Assembly (NCBI GenBank): GCA_964016885.1
Contig: OZ024746.1
Location: 76,136,001 to 76,200,000, forward strand
Source of the DNA: Eledone cirrhosa
Lineage: Eukaryota
Reading direction: 5' to 3'
Length of the DNA stretch: 64,000 bases
A model generated the notes under the pieces. The model was not told where the DNA came from. It saw nothing but the letters and a program-made list of their open reading frames with translations, and ran no database searches. Positions 1-13,299 of the stretch are shown here, piece by piece (within the stretch, counting starts at the first letter, position 1; each line of letters starts with the position of its first letter). The position numbers and the translations under genes were made by a program.

Positions 1-469
1 GGTTCCACTCTGCACACTTTACACGGGAAGTAATATGTGCTTAATTATATTCTTTTTTACTTTTTATCGACCGCCTATACCTACAATATAATACCCATAA
101 TGCCATAGACAGACATCTGAAATTTTCGGCACTTTCAAAATAAGATAGTGGTCGAAGGGAGAGGTATACGTTGCTCCATAACGGATCTCAAGACTGTCGA
201 TTGCATGTTCACTGCAATTTCCAACACAATTTCTATATATAAATGTTATTTTTCCGCCTCAAACATTGCATCAAGTAAACTCTTATTGTTTTTTCACCTA
301 CATCGCTTCATTCCAATCATTTCAACATTTCTTTTTTCTTAGGTACAACCCTGGTAAAATAGTTTGAACCTGACCTTGCGAAGTATCTTCTTATCAACTT
401 ATACTATGTGTGTTGGACCTCCATCGGTTCCGGCGACAAGTGTCTGACAAGTCTGGCCCGTTGAATTAC

Positions 470-1089
470 AGACACAACTCATTTTTTCCAGCTGACTAGA
501 ATGGAGCATCGGCCTCCGGATCTGCCAGTGTCGCTGCGGTTCCACCGTGGACTCTTTCGGCCTCCACCCGCTTTCCTGTCGCCACAGTGCCGGCTGCATT
601 CTACGCCATGCTGCCCTCAACGAGGTCATTAAGCATGCCTTGAACACTGCAGGCATCCCTTCCCAGATCGAGCTGGTGGGGCTGGATCGAGGGGACGGCA
701 AAAGGCCAGATGGCATGACCATCTTCCCGTTCCGCGGTGGCAAACCCCTCGTCTGGGATGCCACTTGCACCGACACTTTCTGCAGCCGCAACCTGGTGCA
801 GTGTGCGACTGACCCAGGTTCTGCTGCACGTTGGGCTGAGGGGGCCAAACTCCTCAAATACCGGTCGCTCTCCGACAGGTTTGTGGTCGTACCCCTGGCA
901 GTGGAGATTTCTGGTGTCCTCGGCCCCAGGGCTACCTCCTTACTCACCACCATAGGCGCTGAGCTGGCCAGCCGCAGGTGTGAGCCAGGCGAGTTGGAGT
1001 GGCTATTCCAGCGCGTCTCCCTTGCCGTCCCCCGGGGAAACGCCTTCTCCATTCTGTTCGCCGGAGGAAGCCAACCCCAGCATCAGTGA
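470..1089 (+). mobile_element. 5'-truncated CRE-clade non-LTR retrotransposon (zinc knuckle plus restriction-like endonuclease C-terminus)
   Basis: Translation CRCGSTVDSFGLHPLSC..RHAALNEVIK..GKRPDG..WDATCTDT..KLLKY..PLAVEISG is the CCHC + PD-(D/E)xK layout of CRE elements. GC-rich island in AT-rich DNA, lying between two minus-strand SINE pieces (~405-450 and ~1420-1487). Confidence 0.85.
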
Positions 1090-4005
1090 CTCACCTCCAG
1101 CCACTAGGTCCTATGACAAACTGCTAAGTTGCTCGCATGTGTGCGTGCTGAGCTCTGGATCTTTAACTGCCCCCCCCCCCTCGTTTTTTGTGTACATCCA
1201 TCCATTCATTTACTACCATTCTACCTTCCTGTGTCTCCCCCTCCATGCAGCCCCTTCTTTTCTCTCTTGTTTTCTGGGACCTCCATAAATATAGGTGATC
1301 TATGAGGCCCTCGTACCACCACTTTCCCTTCCATCCACACACGCCACCCACCCCTGATGCCGCTCAGTGTCCCTGTCTCCGGCCCCACCCCTCCAAGCCG
1401 ACACCTTAAGGACGTGCTGCCGAGAATTGACTCATAACCTTATGATTGTAAGTCGAATACCCTAACCACTAAACCACGCACGTTCACAGTAAGAAAGAGA
1501 ATAACAGTTTTGTGACGTGTTAATTAGATATCGTTTGTGTATTACCATTAATTATCGATTACATATCAGTAATAATGAATAAACAAATGATTACTTCGAT
1601 TACATATCATAGATGTTAATGTTATATAATAATTATCTGGTCTGATAAATGTTGTTTAATCTGGGTCAATATCAAATTTACATTAATATAGACTATGTGG
1701 GCTTATAAGGAAAACAACAACAACAACAACATAGAATATCTAACGCAATCAAACAGATGATATTGCTGTCCCGATCATTTTCGTGTATGTTTTATATATT
1801 TATTGTTTCAAGAAAAATAAGTAAAAGTAAATGCTTATTTTGTTTGACTATAACAACACAAAAATCAACACACACACACATACACAGAGTAACGTAACTG
1901 TATCCTGTAACTCTTTGGTCTTAAGTCGATGGTTTTACTTCTGGTATTTCAAGTGTGGAGGTTACTATAACATGCTTTGTTAAACAAATATAACGGGAAG
2001 GAGTAAATAGCTCTATCGGTACACATTAGTGTTCAGTTAAGTAGACAATTGATTTTTTTTTTCGGTTCTTCAAAAGTATTCTTTTCATTTTTACGTCTGG
2101 TAAAAGGATCTTTCGAGAACACCCGAGTGAAAAATGTACGTAATATGCTTCATTTCATTTTTCTTGTCGCCATTTAATCAAACAAAAGGGAATAGCCACA
2201 ACACAAGCGCTCTCGTTGAGACTCCTATAATATATAAATCGTTTTACGTCCGTTTTCCACCCATCGGCCTTGAACTGCTAATGGAGTCGTTGTCGCGCAG
2301 TCATGGCCATTTAAGTCTGGCAAAGCCCGTCCTCTCTAGGTCCGAACACAGCCTATTTTTTTCCAGAGAAAAAACAAAACAAAACAACAACAAAAAAAAA
2401 CAAGGATCCAAGTTCTTGACTGGTACTTTATCGAGATATTTAATCGGACGCTCTGACGAGAATAGGCCATTGTATTCAAAATCGTTAAAGTCTACTCCAG
2501 TCATCAGGTCAGTGCTTATCACTGGTTTCATTTTCCATCGGTGTTAAGCGACTGAGAGTACAAGACTTCCCCATGGACAGGACGCTACTAGAACTCATTT
2601 TCAATTGAGTGTACTGGAGCAAAGTGAAATAAAGTGTTTTGCTTAAGAACCTACTACAACACCTTCGGCTATATACATGGTGCACCAAAACTTTTCTATT
2701 TACTCAAATGTGCGTCACAAGTAAAAGTAAATTGGGAATCACTGCTCTACGCAATTGTAGATATATTAAACCAAATCTCCCTCAAATCATACCCTACCGT
2801 CTTAACGAGAAAGAAGGAAATATTGGATGACGTAGTTCTAGATATACAAAAAGATAGAATGATCTGCTCATTAGCAATTGACCTACAGCTAAGTAATTGG
2901 TTTGTCATTTTGGCACATGGCCATCGATATTTTTGGTAGAAGGGCGAAGAAAAAAATCGATTAAATCGACCTCTGGAAGTATGAAAGGTAAAGTTGAAAG
3001 TAGCTACAATGTCTATTCTTCCCTCCTTCTACATAATTTCTTTTAACTTCACCGCAACCAGACTTCGTAAGGTAAAAACAAGTTTTAAAAATTTATTGCC
3101 AAAATATTTAAAAGTCATTTCAAAACTATTTTCTTCATTCTCGTCTTCAGTATCGCTTTTTAGAATGTGCATGGCTTCTTAGATTCACAAGGAAGAGAAA
3201 ATGGATGTTTGACCATCAAAAATATACTCCCATTTTGTTTCTCTGGAGAGACACATTTTTATGGTGGAGAGTACCATCGGAGTTTATCGAGATAGGGGAG
3301 TTGCTGTTGTTGTTCTAGAAGAGCTTAAACGAAATACAACTATCAATTTTGAGAAAATATTTTTGCTGTTTAAAAAACACAGATGAACTATATAATAGTC
3401 GAATAAGACAGAGGAAAGTGAACAGAGCCTCTTGCAGGACAGATGTGTGAGTCTTTTCCCGCGAGTGACTCTGTCCACATTTTCTGTCTCTAAGGATATT
3501 ATACCTGACTTATTAGACTATTATTTATATAAAAAAAGCAAACATATTTTCCAATTTCCTCAATGCTTCGTAAACGAGCCAATGTTAAAATTTGTTTTTC
3601 ATTACAACAGTAGTCCAAATGTTTTCATTTTGTTTGTTATTGTCAGTAGCTTGTTTTATATCAGTCAAGTCTTTATTATTATTATTTATTTATTGTACGA
3701 CTGGTTCGAAGTGGCCATGTGTTTAGAGTGTTTGATTGACAATCATAAAGTCATGATTTCGATTCCCGATTTGAGCGGCGCCTAGTGTTTTTCAGCGAAA
3801 TATTTTATTTCACATTACTTCTGCTACCACGGGGTGCGACCGACAGATAGTATCAGCAATGGAAAGACCAATGGAAACATTTTCCCTAGTCCGATCTGAA
3901 AACCTTTACTCTTTTTTAATAATACTGTTTATCTAATACACTCAATTAACAGAAGAATTTTTAGAATCTTTATCACTTCCTCTACATGTAACGTATATAT
4001 ATATA

Positions 4006-4008
<3 letters not shown>

Positions 4009-4055
<47 letters not shown>
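4009..4055. repeat. (GA)n microsatellite
   Basis: Directly visible. Confidence 0.95.
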
Positions 4056-4058
<3 letters not shown>

Positions 4059-4635
4059 CAATTAATGAAAGGTTGTCATGTTCTTTCGTTCGTTTTGTCT
4101 CTCTGAAATGCAAAACTTCAGATGGTTGTTGCCTCATGGTCCCAGCGGACATAATTTGGATATGAACTTGATTTGGTTTGGTGGTGTTATCGGTGATTTT
4201 AATTGGTAGCCGTCCAATGCTTCTGCTTAACTTTAAGAGAGGTGAAACGGAATTAGCTGAAATTCGAAACTGAGTCTAGAATTAAAGTTCGCCAGGAGGC
4301 TGTTTCTCATTTAACGGCGTTCGGTATAAGCATGAATTATTAATATAAAATTTGATAGCTGTTGGCTTTGGCTGAGTGAAGAGGACACAAATGTCAACCT
4401 TGATGAGATCTAATACCTCATCCATAAAAAGAAGGAAAAACAAACCAAGTTCGTTCTTTTCATCATGAGAATGTAATGTTGTTGATTTAGTTGGTCAGCT
4501 GATTGAAGATAGAGATAGTGTGACAGTAGTGGTTCGTGGTAGCTGATGTGGAATATTTAAATCATATACATCTGTCTTCATCCATAACGGCTTGTGAATG
4601 CCATGCACTTGAGTGAATCACGTGAATAATAAGTC

Positions 4636-4666
<31 letters not shown>

Positions 4667-5432
4667 TAGCATCACGATGGTAAAGAAATAGTAAAGGTTG
4701 GATGTTGGAGAGGAAAGAAGACGAAAATATATTCTCGTTTAATTATCATAGAAAAAATGAATATGCGGGAAGTTGATGTTTCAATCAAATACATCGTGGA
4801 ATAGTTATTTTAGCCATACAAATACACATAATGCAAACAGCACAACGAAAAGTTTGACACCAAGAAATAAATAATAAATGTAAAATGAAGTTATGTATTT
4901 TTTGAATAGCTAAAATGACTGACTCTTCCAAGGTGGAATTGTTTATGTTTCAATACAGTCTTAGATCAAGTACAACCCCAGAATGATGTTTAAATGTCAT
5001 TCAACAACTGCTTAAGGGATAAAACAAACATTGAATAAGATCGGGATCAGATTGTTGTGTGTCATGAGAAAAAAGGGGAGTTCTGTCATTTCAGTTTTTT
5101 TGGAGATATGTTGAGGTGAAAAGAAATATATTTAACGTTTTGGATCTCTTTCTCGCTCTCTTTACAGTTTGCAAACATGTCTAATTTTTTCTTTAACTCT
5201 TTTGATACGTAACTCTGAAACCGCTTCTGGTTTTACATATCCTAATTTTAAGATGGTTATATAAAAACCTTAATTTTATGTAAGAACCTTTCTTATGTTA
5301 TGTTCTAAATACCAACTTACATACTATCAATTTGATTGGATACATGCAAGGCTGGCACTACAATTTAGGCTCACTATGGCACACACCCTAGAGAAGCATA
5401 TAACCTTAGAGGATCAAAGTTTCATACTAATA

Positions 5433-6563
5433 TCTATACATACATATAAAACTGTAGTTGTCTGTGTGTGTGTGTCCTCATTTGTACAAAGTCTATACAA
5501 ATCCGCATTTCTACTCCGATTGACTTCAAACTTGCATTTATATATTCCTTGCGGTCTAAAGATATTAACTGCAGCTTTTACTTTTCAATTTTCTGCTGTT
5601 AAAGGGGTGTTAGGCGCCGGTTATCCATCTCCGTCACGCCCTTATAATATCTGTCTGAATATCTGGCTGTCTGCATTACGACATTATGACATATTATGTT
5701 CGCTATTTTCCGTTCATTGCCAGGGAATGTCTTCACGAACTAAAGTATCGTCTTCCTGTTTTCCTTCGGTTGCAACGTTTTTCGAAATATTTACTTCTGC
5801 ATTTACAGATTGATTTTTTTAGTTTCAGAAGATCTCGTTAAATGTGAAAGCAGCGATTCTTTGCTTAAACTTTAATCTGTTATTTTAATATATAATATAA
5901 GCGAGGCAAGCCAGCCCAGTTGCCACTTCTTGCCAATAAACATTAACCCTTTGTGCGCCATTCATCTAACTGTAGACCAACAAATACCAACTAAACGGAG
6001 CATTGACAAGAACGATGGCAAATGAATCTTCGAGGTAAGCAGTTTTTACCCGAGCTGTTAGTTCACGCGGGATTCTCTGCTACACCTTTTCGTAATAATA
6101 CAGAACAACGTACTGCTGGTCACTCCTTCCTCCAAAAGCCGTACAAAGCGGACATGTGCATCGGGTGCAAATCTACACCAGGCCTACGCGAGAAATTCGC
6201 AAGGGACTGCATAGAGAGAAAGAGTAACTTAGTGACAAGAGTGCGAATGAATTTTTGAGGTAAGTAGCCTACGCCTGACTGCTATGACACTGGAACCTTC
6301 TGCCAACTTAACCTGTGACTTTCTCTTTCACATTTACTCCAATAAGCCAAGACAGAGGAGTATGAAAAGAAGAGGCTCAATATTTCTATGAACAATGCAC
6401 ATAGACAGCTAAACTACTTTCAACTTCTTAATTTTCTCCAAATAAAACAAGTTTCCTGTCGGTATATTTTCCTGAGTTTTTAACAGGCTCACAAATAAAC
6501 GTTTCTCATTGGAGGTGCTATTACCAATGTTCTTACCCGTGCAACGCCGGGATACACTGCTAG
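5433..6563 (+). mobile_element. Non-autonomous Helitron
   Basis: Starts a|TCTATACATACATATAAAA..(GT)n. Ends with GC hairpin CCCGTGCAACGCCGGG followed by CTAG|t. A|T insertion site, no TSD. Confidence 0.8.
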
Positions 6564-6660
6564 TGCGTAATAAAAATAAATATATAATAATCTCCTTATT
6601 TATAATAATAAATAAACTGCTAAAATTTTTGTGTGTAGCAACATAGTGGAAATACCTTAA

Positions 6661-6863
6661 TCCTTTAGCATTTAAACTGGCTGTATCTGGCTTGAATTCT
6701 CTCACCTCTTTCTGTTCAAGCCGGCTGTAACTGGCCACTCATACTGATGTTAAAGTATTGTTCACAAAATAATACCAAAGTCTCGTAGATTCAATTTTAT
6801 GTGAGATAAAGTATTTACCACGAAAATATAATAGTAAATATAGACTAATGTAAATGCTAAAGG
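6661..6863. mobile_element. TTAA-flanked piggyBac-type MITE (~200 bp family), orientation B
   Basis: TTAA|(C)CCTTTAGCATTT...AAATGCTAAAGG|TTAA. Homologous to copies at 13680, 16483, 20138, 21791, 32285 and 38261. Confidence 0.75.
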
Positions 6864-8429
6864 TTAAGTGGTAGAGAGGGTCGTATGGTATTATGGCCTG
6901 TAACAAGATTTGGTGAGGGTGTGTATGGATTGTGTAATGGAAAATGCAGGTTTATTAATTAATTTTCTTAATGTGGTCAAAGCAAGAAGTACCAAAAAAT
7001 TAGGTTTGTTAGCTTATTAAACTGTAAATTGAAAATATTTTATTTGGGAAAATAGGGTGCACAACTGGAGAAGTCAGCGAAAACTGTAAGTAGAGCTCAA
7101 TACCCAAACACCACCTCTGAATAGAGAGCATCACAGAAGTCAAAATTAGCACCAAATAGCGTCTCATCTAGAGAGGGGGACTGCCAGGATTTGAAACAGG
7201 CAAATGTATATATTTGAATGGACAGTTTAATGATATAACACCACCCAACGTCCATATCAAAGTAAAGGTTAACAATTCCAAGCCATAAAATGCTGACATT
7301 TCAAACAGAACAGTCTGGAAAAAAAAAAAATTTTTTAAATGATAATTGAAAATGTTTACCACACACACACACTATTTAATACCATTAAAATGTCAGATAA
7401 TAAGAGCATGTTACCATCTCCTGAACGATATTTGCTTTCTTTACTACTGATTATTATTACTATCATCATTATTATTATAATGAACCAACTTATTGAAGAA
7501 GTATTCAGCCAGGAGATGAATTACATGCTGCCAATTTACAAGCAAAGTTATTTTTAGTCAAATATTTAACATACATTCCACTAATATATATTTATTATTA
7601 GTACAGACTGAGGGCAGTATTGGTTGTGTGTTGGACAACATGCTTTGCAGCAGAGTTACAGGCCCTTTACATTCAAATCCCGCCAAGGTTAACTTTGCCT
7701 TTCATCCTGACAGGGTTGATAAGGCACTCCAAAATTGTTGGCCTTGTGCCTAAATCAGAAATCATCAGCACAGATTAAAAGTTTGAGTGAACAATTTCTG
7801 CTTTTACTCTAAGCAGGATCATCAGGTAAAAGCAAAAACTTTTCATCAGTACTAATAATAAATATTTGCTCTACTGGTTTATATCTACAACCTTTATCAA
7901 GTCCTTTTTGGATTTTATCTTTGTATTTATTATTACTATATATCAGTGAATTGACAGAATTGTTAGAATATTAGATAGAATGCTTTGCGGTATTTGTACC
8001 GGCTCTCTTCTCTTTGAGTTCAAATCTTGCCAAGGTCAATTTTGCCTTTCACCCTTTGAGGTTGATAAAAAAAAAAAAAAAGTATCAGTTCAGTACTGGG
8101 GTCAATTCTTTCTCTATCTCACTCTCAAGCTGCCTCTTGATAGAGTAGATCAATTTATATAACTGAACCAAAAAATCCTTAATCAACTTTTTCCTTAACT
8201 CATTTGATAAAAAACTGAGACATGGAAGGGGATGGGCACTGTCAGGCTTAAAATGTCTAAAAATTGCATTATGCCACTATGATTCCATCAGGAGTTACAG
8301 GGGTAGCATACCACGTCAGTATTTAATCAGTTACTGTCCTGTCATCAACTGGCAGGGGCCCACCTCTTGCTTAATTATGTTCTGGTTATATACATTGATT
8401 TTTATAGATGTAATATTACATTTTGTAAG

Positions 8430-8778
8430 AAGGCGCATGGTTGCGAGTTCTATTCTCAGACCGGGTGATGTGTTGTTTCCTTGAGCAAGACACTTTATTT
8501 CACATTGCTCCAGTTTACTCAGCTGTAGAAATGAGATGATAGGTCCCTATCATTCCACTGCAAAGTGGTCATGGAGGTGCCACGGCAAAATAGCACCCAG
8601 CCCACACTGTAAAGTGGACGTGTAGGCGCCACGGAAAAAAAAAGCACCCAGCACTCACTGTAAATGAGGTTGGTGTTAGGAAGGGCATCCAGCTGTAGAA
8701 ATCAAGCCAGAATCAGTTCCTGTCCCACCCTTGCAAGCATGGAAAAGCGGACGTAAAATGATGGTGATGATGATGATC
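8430..8778 (+). mobile_element. tRNA-derived SINE with (GAT)n tail (one of dozens of copies in the window)
   Basis: B-box-like GAGTTCTATTC, shared core TTGAGCAAGACACTTTATTTCACATTGCTCCAG, tail GGAAAAGCGGACGTAAAATGATGGTGATGATG. Near reverse complement of the 18555-18874 copy. Confidence 0.8.
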
Positions 8779-8925
8779 ACAGTCTAAGTAACATTGCTTT
8801 TATAATATGTTACCCTATTATCAACCAGGCACAAAGTGTTATCACAATTGGCCAATTCATTAACAATTTCATTACCACATTTCTCACGGAAAACACTGCT
8901 TATAATTTTCAAATGATTTTGAAAA

Positions 8926-9700
8926 TCAAGAATATAGAGTTAAGGCTTGGGAGGACTTTGGGGTTATGCTGGAAATTGACGTCAGATCAGCAAATAAAGT
9001 ATTCTGGCAGACCATCTGCCAACTTCGTAATAAGAACCCCCCCCCCCCCCCCGCTATCTTGAACACGACTGAGGTTCTTGATTCAGCGAGGTGCAGAGAA
9101 TACTTTGCTGATCCTTGATATCTGGTCACAACAGCATCTTTTGAGGTACATGAGGTACATCTAGGAGTGATGACTAACCTCTTGGAGGCTGAGGTCATGA
9201 CCAATTAAAAAGCTCAAATGTGGCAAGGTTGCTAGGGACGAAAGAAAAGGTATTCTCTGGCTGACTCGTGTGTGTTGGGTGGCCTGGATCTCTGGAAAGG
9301 CATCTCAGCAATGGCAATTGGGTATGATAATCCCAATTTTTAAAAAGGAAGATAAGAGAGATTGCTCTAATTTTAGAAGGATCTCCTTGGTAAACCTGCA
9401 CTGTAAAGTCTACACTAAGTATCTGACAAAGAGATGTAGGGATATTGTTGAGTATAAACTGGTTGACAAACTGTGTGGTTTTCACCTTGGATGCAGCACA
9501 GCCAACTAAATATTCACACTGCAGCAGGTCTTTGAGAAATCATTGGAGTATTAAGAGGTCTATGCTTGTTTGTAGACCCCATAAAGATATGACTGCATTC
9601 CATGAGACATGTTGTGGAAGGTTCTTCAGTAGTATGGATCGATGAACAGTTTCTTGTCTCTACAAATGCCTCAGTTTTGTATCAAAGGAGTTAAGGAAAA
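8926..9700 (+). mobile_element. Decayed RTE-like LINE reverse transcriptase fragment
   Basis: WQLGMIIPIFKKEDKRDCSNFRRISLVNLHCKVY..CGFHLGCS is the typical pre-RT motif. Frameshifted. Confidence 0.8.
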
Positions 9701-9789
9701 AGTCAAATAAGGATTTTCTGGTTGGAACAGATATAAATGGATCTACTCCATCAAGGCTCACCTGGGTTTAAACAATAGAAATATTTACA

Positions 9790-9830
9790 TTTGACAAAAA
9801 CAAACAATACATTTAAAGCAAGCTTTTATT
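9790..9830 (-). terminator. Candidate distal polyadenylation signal of fascin
   Basis: Minus-strand AATAAA (9830-9825) followed by GU/U-rich GTATTGTTTGTTTTTGTC. It lies at the end of a ~3.3 kb U-rich, SINE-free stretch after the stop codon. Other AATAAA sites exist (~9940, ~9995, ~11680). Confidence 0.45.
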
Positions 9831-10301
9831 TAGCAATTTGGATACAGAAGGAAATTATTATCATCATCAGTCAAGTCAATCCACATTTAGTCATTACAAA
9901 ATAATAAATCGGTCAAGCAGAACATTACAAAAATGTTTATTTTTTTAATGATACTTTTGTGATACACATGTGGAAATTTAATGGAAAAAAAAGTTTATTT
10001 TTGCACTGATTAACTCAAAATATATTTGAGGAATTTCCTTGTTATATTGTGAATAATAATAAAAAAAAAAAAATGTGTGAAGATGAAAATGTGAAATATG
10101 AAAAAAAAACATGTGAAATTAATTCAAAATGTTTTAAGATGAGTTTTGTAACTGATAAGACATGTTGGAATTGTTGAGTACACAAAAGCCCTCCTCTCTC
10201 TGTGACTCATTACTTAAATTGCTTGGTGCAGATTTAGGATGGCATATATTAACATAAACAGTATTCATTGAATTATTCAATTATATATATATTACTAAAG
10301 C

Positions 10302-10410
10302 CAAGTCAGAATCCTGTTACTCTGGAGTTTTACTTGTGTGTTCACATGGTTATCAAATAAGATCTTGTGAACATACAGGCAAAACTCCTGAGTAACAGAG
10401 TACTGACTTG
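10302..10410. repeat. Imperfect inverted repeat (~43-bp arms) in putative fascin 3' UTR
   Basis: CAAGTCAG..CTGTTACTC.GGAGTTTT..TGTTCAC pairs with GTGAACA..AAAACTCC.GAGTAACAG..CTGACTTG. Confidence 0.85.
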
Positions 10411-11744
10411 ACGTTAAGAATAATTAATCTCTACTATCATATTGAGTACTCAATCTTGAATGTCAATATTAAGCAGGTATACATATATATATATATATAT
10501 ATTATAAATTGTAATACAATTTATGTAACAATTGATTACTGAAAAGAAAATGTAATCTGAGTTTTGTAGAGTAAAAATAACTCTAATCAGAATTTAGTCA
10601 AGTTTATGGACAAGTTAACTTCCACATAGACCAGAGTGGATGTAAAAAAGTGTCATACATATTGGGCTTTGGAAGATACAAAAAAATTACAAGAAAAAAA
10701 AAAAAGACAAATAAATTGAAAAATAAATAATTCATTTTACAGATTTTAAAAAATGGGGAGGGATTTAGAAGACAAAAACTTCAATGAAAAATAAAGCTTT
10801 CTTTCGTTCGATTAGGCAAGCTAGTGTCTCTGGCTAAGGTTATGTCAACTCAACCTTTGAGAAAACAAACAAACAAAAAAAAACTTCAGACAGCTGATAC
10901 ATGTGAAGATTATGTAGTGTCTGATATATTCAGGAGAGTAAGGGAGGAAGAGAGAGAGAAGGGAAAGAAAGCAGAAGGGGGCGAGAGATAGAAATAGATA
11001 AATAAAAAGATAGATAGATAGATAGATAGATAGAAAGAGGGAGAGGCAGCAGCAAGGAATTATAAAAAGGGAAGAAGTGTTTAAGATTCACAACAAACGA
11101 GCCGAACCTCGAATATTCAGTATAGAAGGATGATAACCTTTAGGCTTATGATTTCATAGAGAAGAAATCACAGATACACACAGATTTATATATCTACATA
11201 CACACGTATCTACACGCATGCACAGGATGCATACATGCATAATAAAAAAAAATAATAAATAAATAAAAAAATGATAGGTAGGAATGAAAATATGAATTAG
11301 TGTGTGTAAATGAAAGAATATTTTTTTTAGTTTGAGTATCATGTATATATTAATATGTTAGCTCATGTTTAGAGATTTGATTTTGTTTTGATTATTAAAA
11401 TCAAATGGGTTAGACAGGTTATTATATTGAAGGTGTTTAGCTAGACATATATATGTTTGGGGGACATATCTACCGAGTATTGGTATTGCTTATACCATCA
11501 CTAAGAAAGGGTATTTTGTACAAGCAAGTGGTCGGATATTAACAGTCAACGATGAATCATTTTTTGGGAGGTGGGAAAAAAAAAAAAGGCATGACAGCAA
11601 ATTACAAAAAGATGATTAATTAGTGTTGTGGAAGAGGAAAAATAGCAGTCATCGACAGCAGCAACAAATTAAAAATATTTATTTATTACTAATGAAGACA
11701 AGCTATTTGAAAAAAAAAAAAAATGTGTTGATGAAAATTTTTAA

Positions 11745-11980
<236 letters not shown>

Positions 11981-12482
11981 GGAGTGGGATATCAATTTCT
12001 TCCAGCAGTGACATTTTGAGATATCCTGGACAAAGCATATAAAATGTTTGGTTAGTGGAAATGGACAGAGATATAAAGCATTTGTTTGTTTTTTTATATA
12101 AATTGTTTACAAAAAAACTGTAAATGGAAAGTATGATACAGATTACCCCTTCACCATGTTAATAGGTGTTTTAAAGACAGAGGAACATTCAAAGAAAAAT
12201 TGCCAAAACAAAAACAAGAACATGATGCCGCTAAGTTGGTAATACAAATTTTGTCTATAGTGCTTATTTTTTAGTAGTTTTTGGTAGATTCAAACGGTCT
12301 TGGTAAGCCACTAGTTTTCAAATTTTTATATTCAAATTTTAACACTTTAGTCATCGAAATAGCATCTAGTTGATGTTTCTGAATTTTTGTAATTAAGTGT
12401 GTATGTGTGTGCGCACATATATATATAATTACATACACACACAAACATATATATATTTATATATGTGTATATACATATATAT

Positions 12483-12653
12483 ATAGGAAAATGTATGACC
12501 CCGACGGCAGAGCTCAAGCCGTTTCAACAGCTATTTCTGGACTAAATTAGAATTTTTAACCTGCTTTTTTACCAGGCTAAAAATTCTAATTTAGTCCAGA
12601 AATAGCTGTCGAAACGGCTTGAGCTCTGCCGTCGGGGTCATACATTTTCCTAT
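12483..12653. repeat. 81-bp-arm fold-back inverted repeat containing the 3' half of a hammerhead motif, inserted in a TA/CA microsatellite
   Basis: Arms 12483-12563 and 12573-12653 with 2 mismatches. Each arm reads GAA-ACGGC-TTGAGCTCT-GCCGT-C on one strand. Confidence 0.9.
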
Positions 12654-12891
12654 TACCCACTCTACTACCCTAAGTATTGAGTACTCTGGTGTGTTATGGT
12701 CCACCTGGTTCCTTACCACAACTCCTTCGTTATATATATATATATGCACATATTTATATATATGTGTATATACACACACAAATACATATATATGCACATA
12801 TTTATATACATGTGTATATACACACAAATACATATATATGCACATATTTATATATATGTGTATACACACACAAATGCATATATATGTGTAT

Positions 12892-12928
<37 letters not shown>

Positions 12929-13093
12929 ATACCCAAATAAAGTCACTCCTTCTTTAAATATTCCAGCACAAAGTGCATGTAAATAAACATTTTTTCAAAA
13001 TAAAATAAAGAAAATTAAAAAATTTGCTTCAGTTATGGTGAAGATGTGGAAATGACAGTAGTCATGGGGTCAATGAATTTTCAGTGATTTTTT

Positions 13094-13299
13094 TTAAAAC
13101 TCCCACAAAGTTGAGGCATTTACTTCTTTCCCAGTGGCCTTGAATATACCATTCTGTTCACCTTTTAAGAAACACCCATTTGGTGCTTTGACAGTGAACA
13201 TGGACTGTCCACGGAATTCAAGAATGAACGGAGTGGGACCTGTACTGTCGGCAAAAAGAGATCCATCATCACCAATGCTCCAGTATTTATTGTTATGAC
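13094..13299 (-). CDS. FSCN1: Fascin exon 4 (last coding exon, 206 nt)
   Basis: tttctcaacag|GT CAT AAC..., (G)HNNKYWSIGDDGSLFADSTGPTPFILEFRGQSMFTVKAPNGCFLKGEQNGIFKATGKEVNASTLWEF*. Fascin C-terminal LWE(Y/F). Phase matches exon 3. Confidence 0.95.

Noticed and set aside
399-1052. 217-aa minus-strand ORF
   Set aside because: Antisense shadow of the GC-rich CRE ORF.
4060-4640. Insert between (GA)n and (TA)n that might be a Penelope remnant
   Set aside because: No convincing protein motif, HHR core or inverted repeat found by eye.
7785-7852. Two minus-strand CTGATGA heptamers with a downstream GAAA
   Set aside because: Stems I and III cannot be formed convincingly; likely chance.
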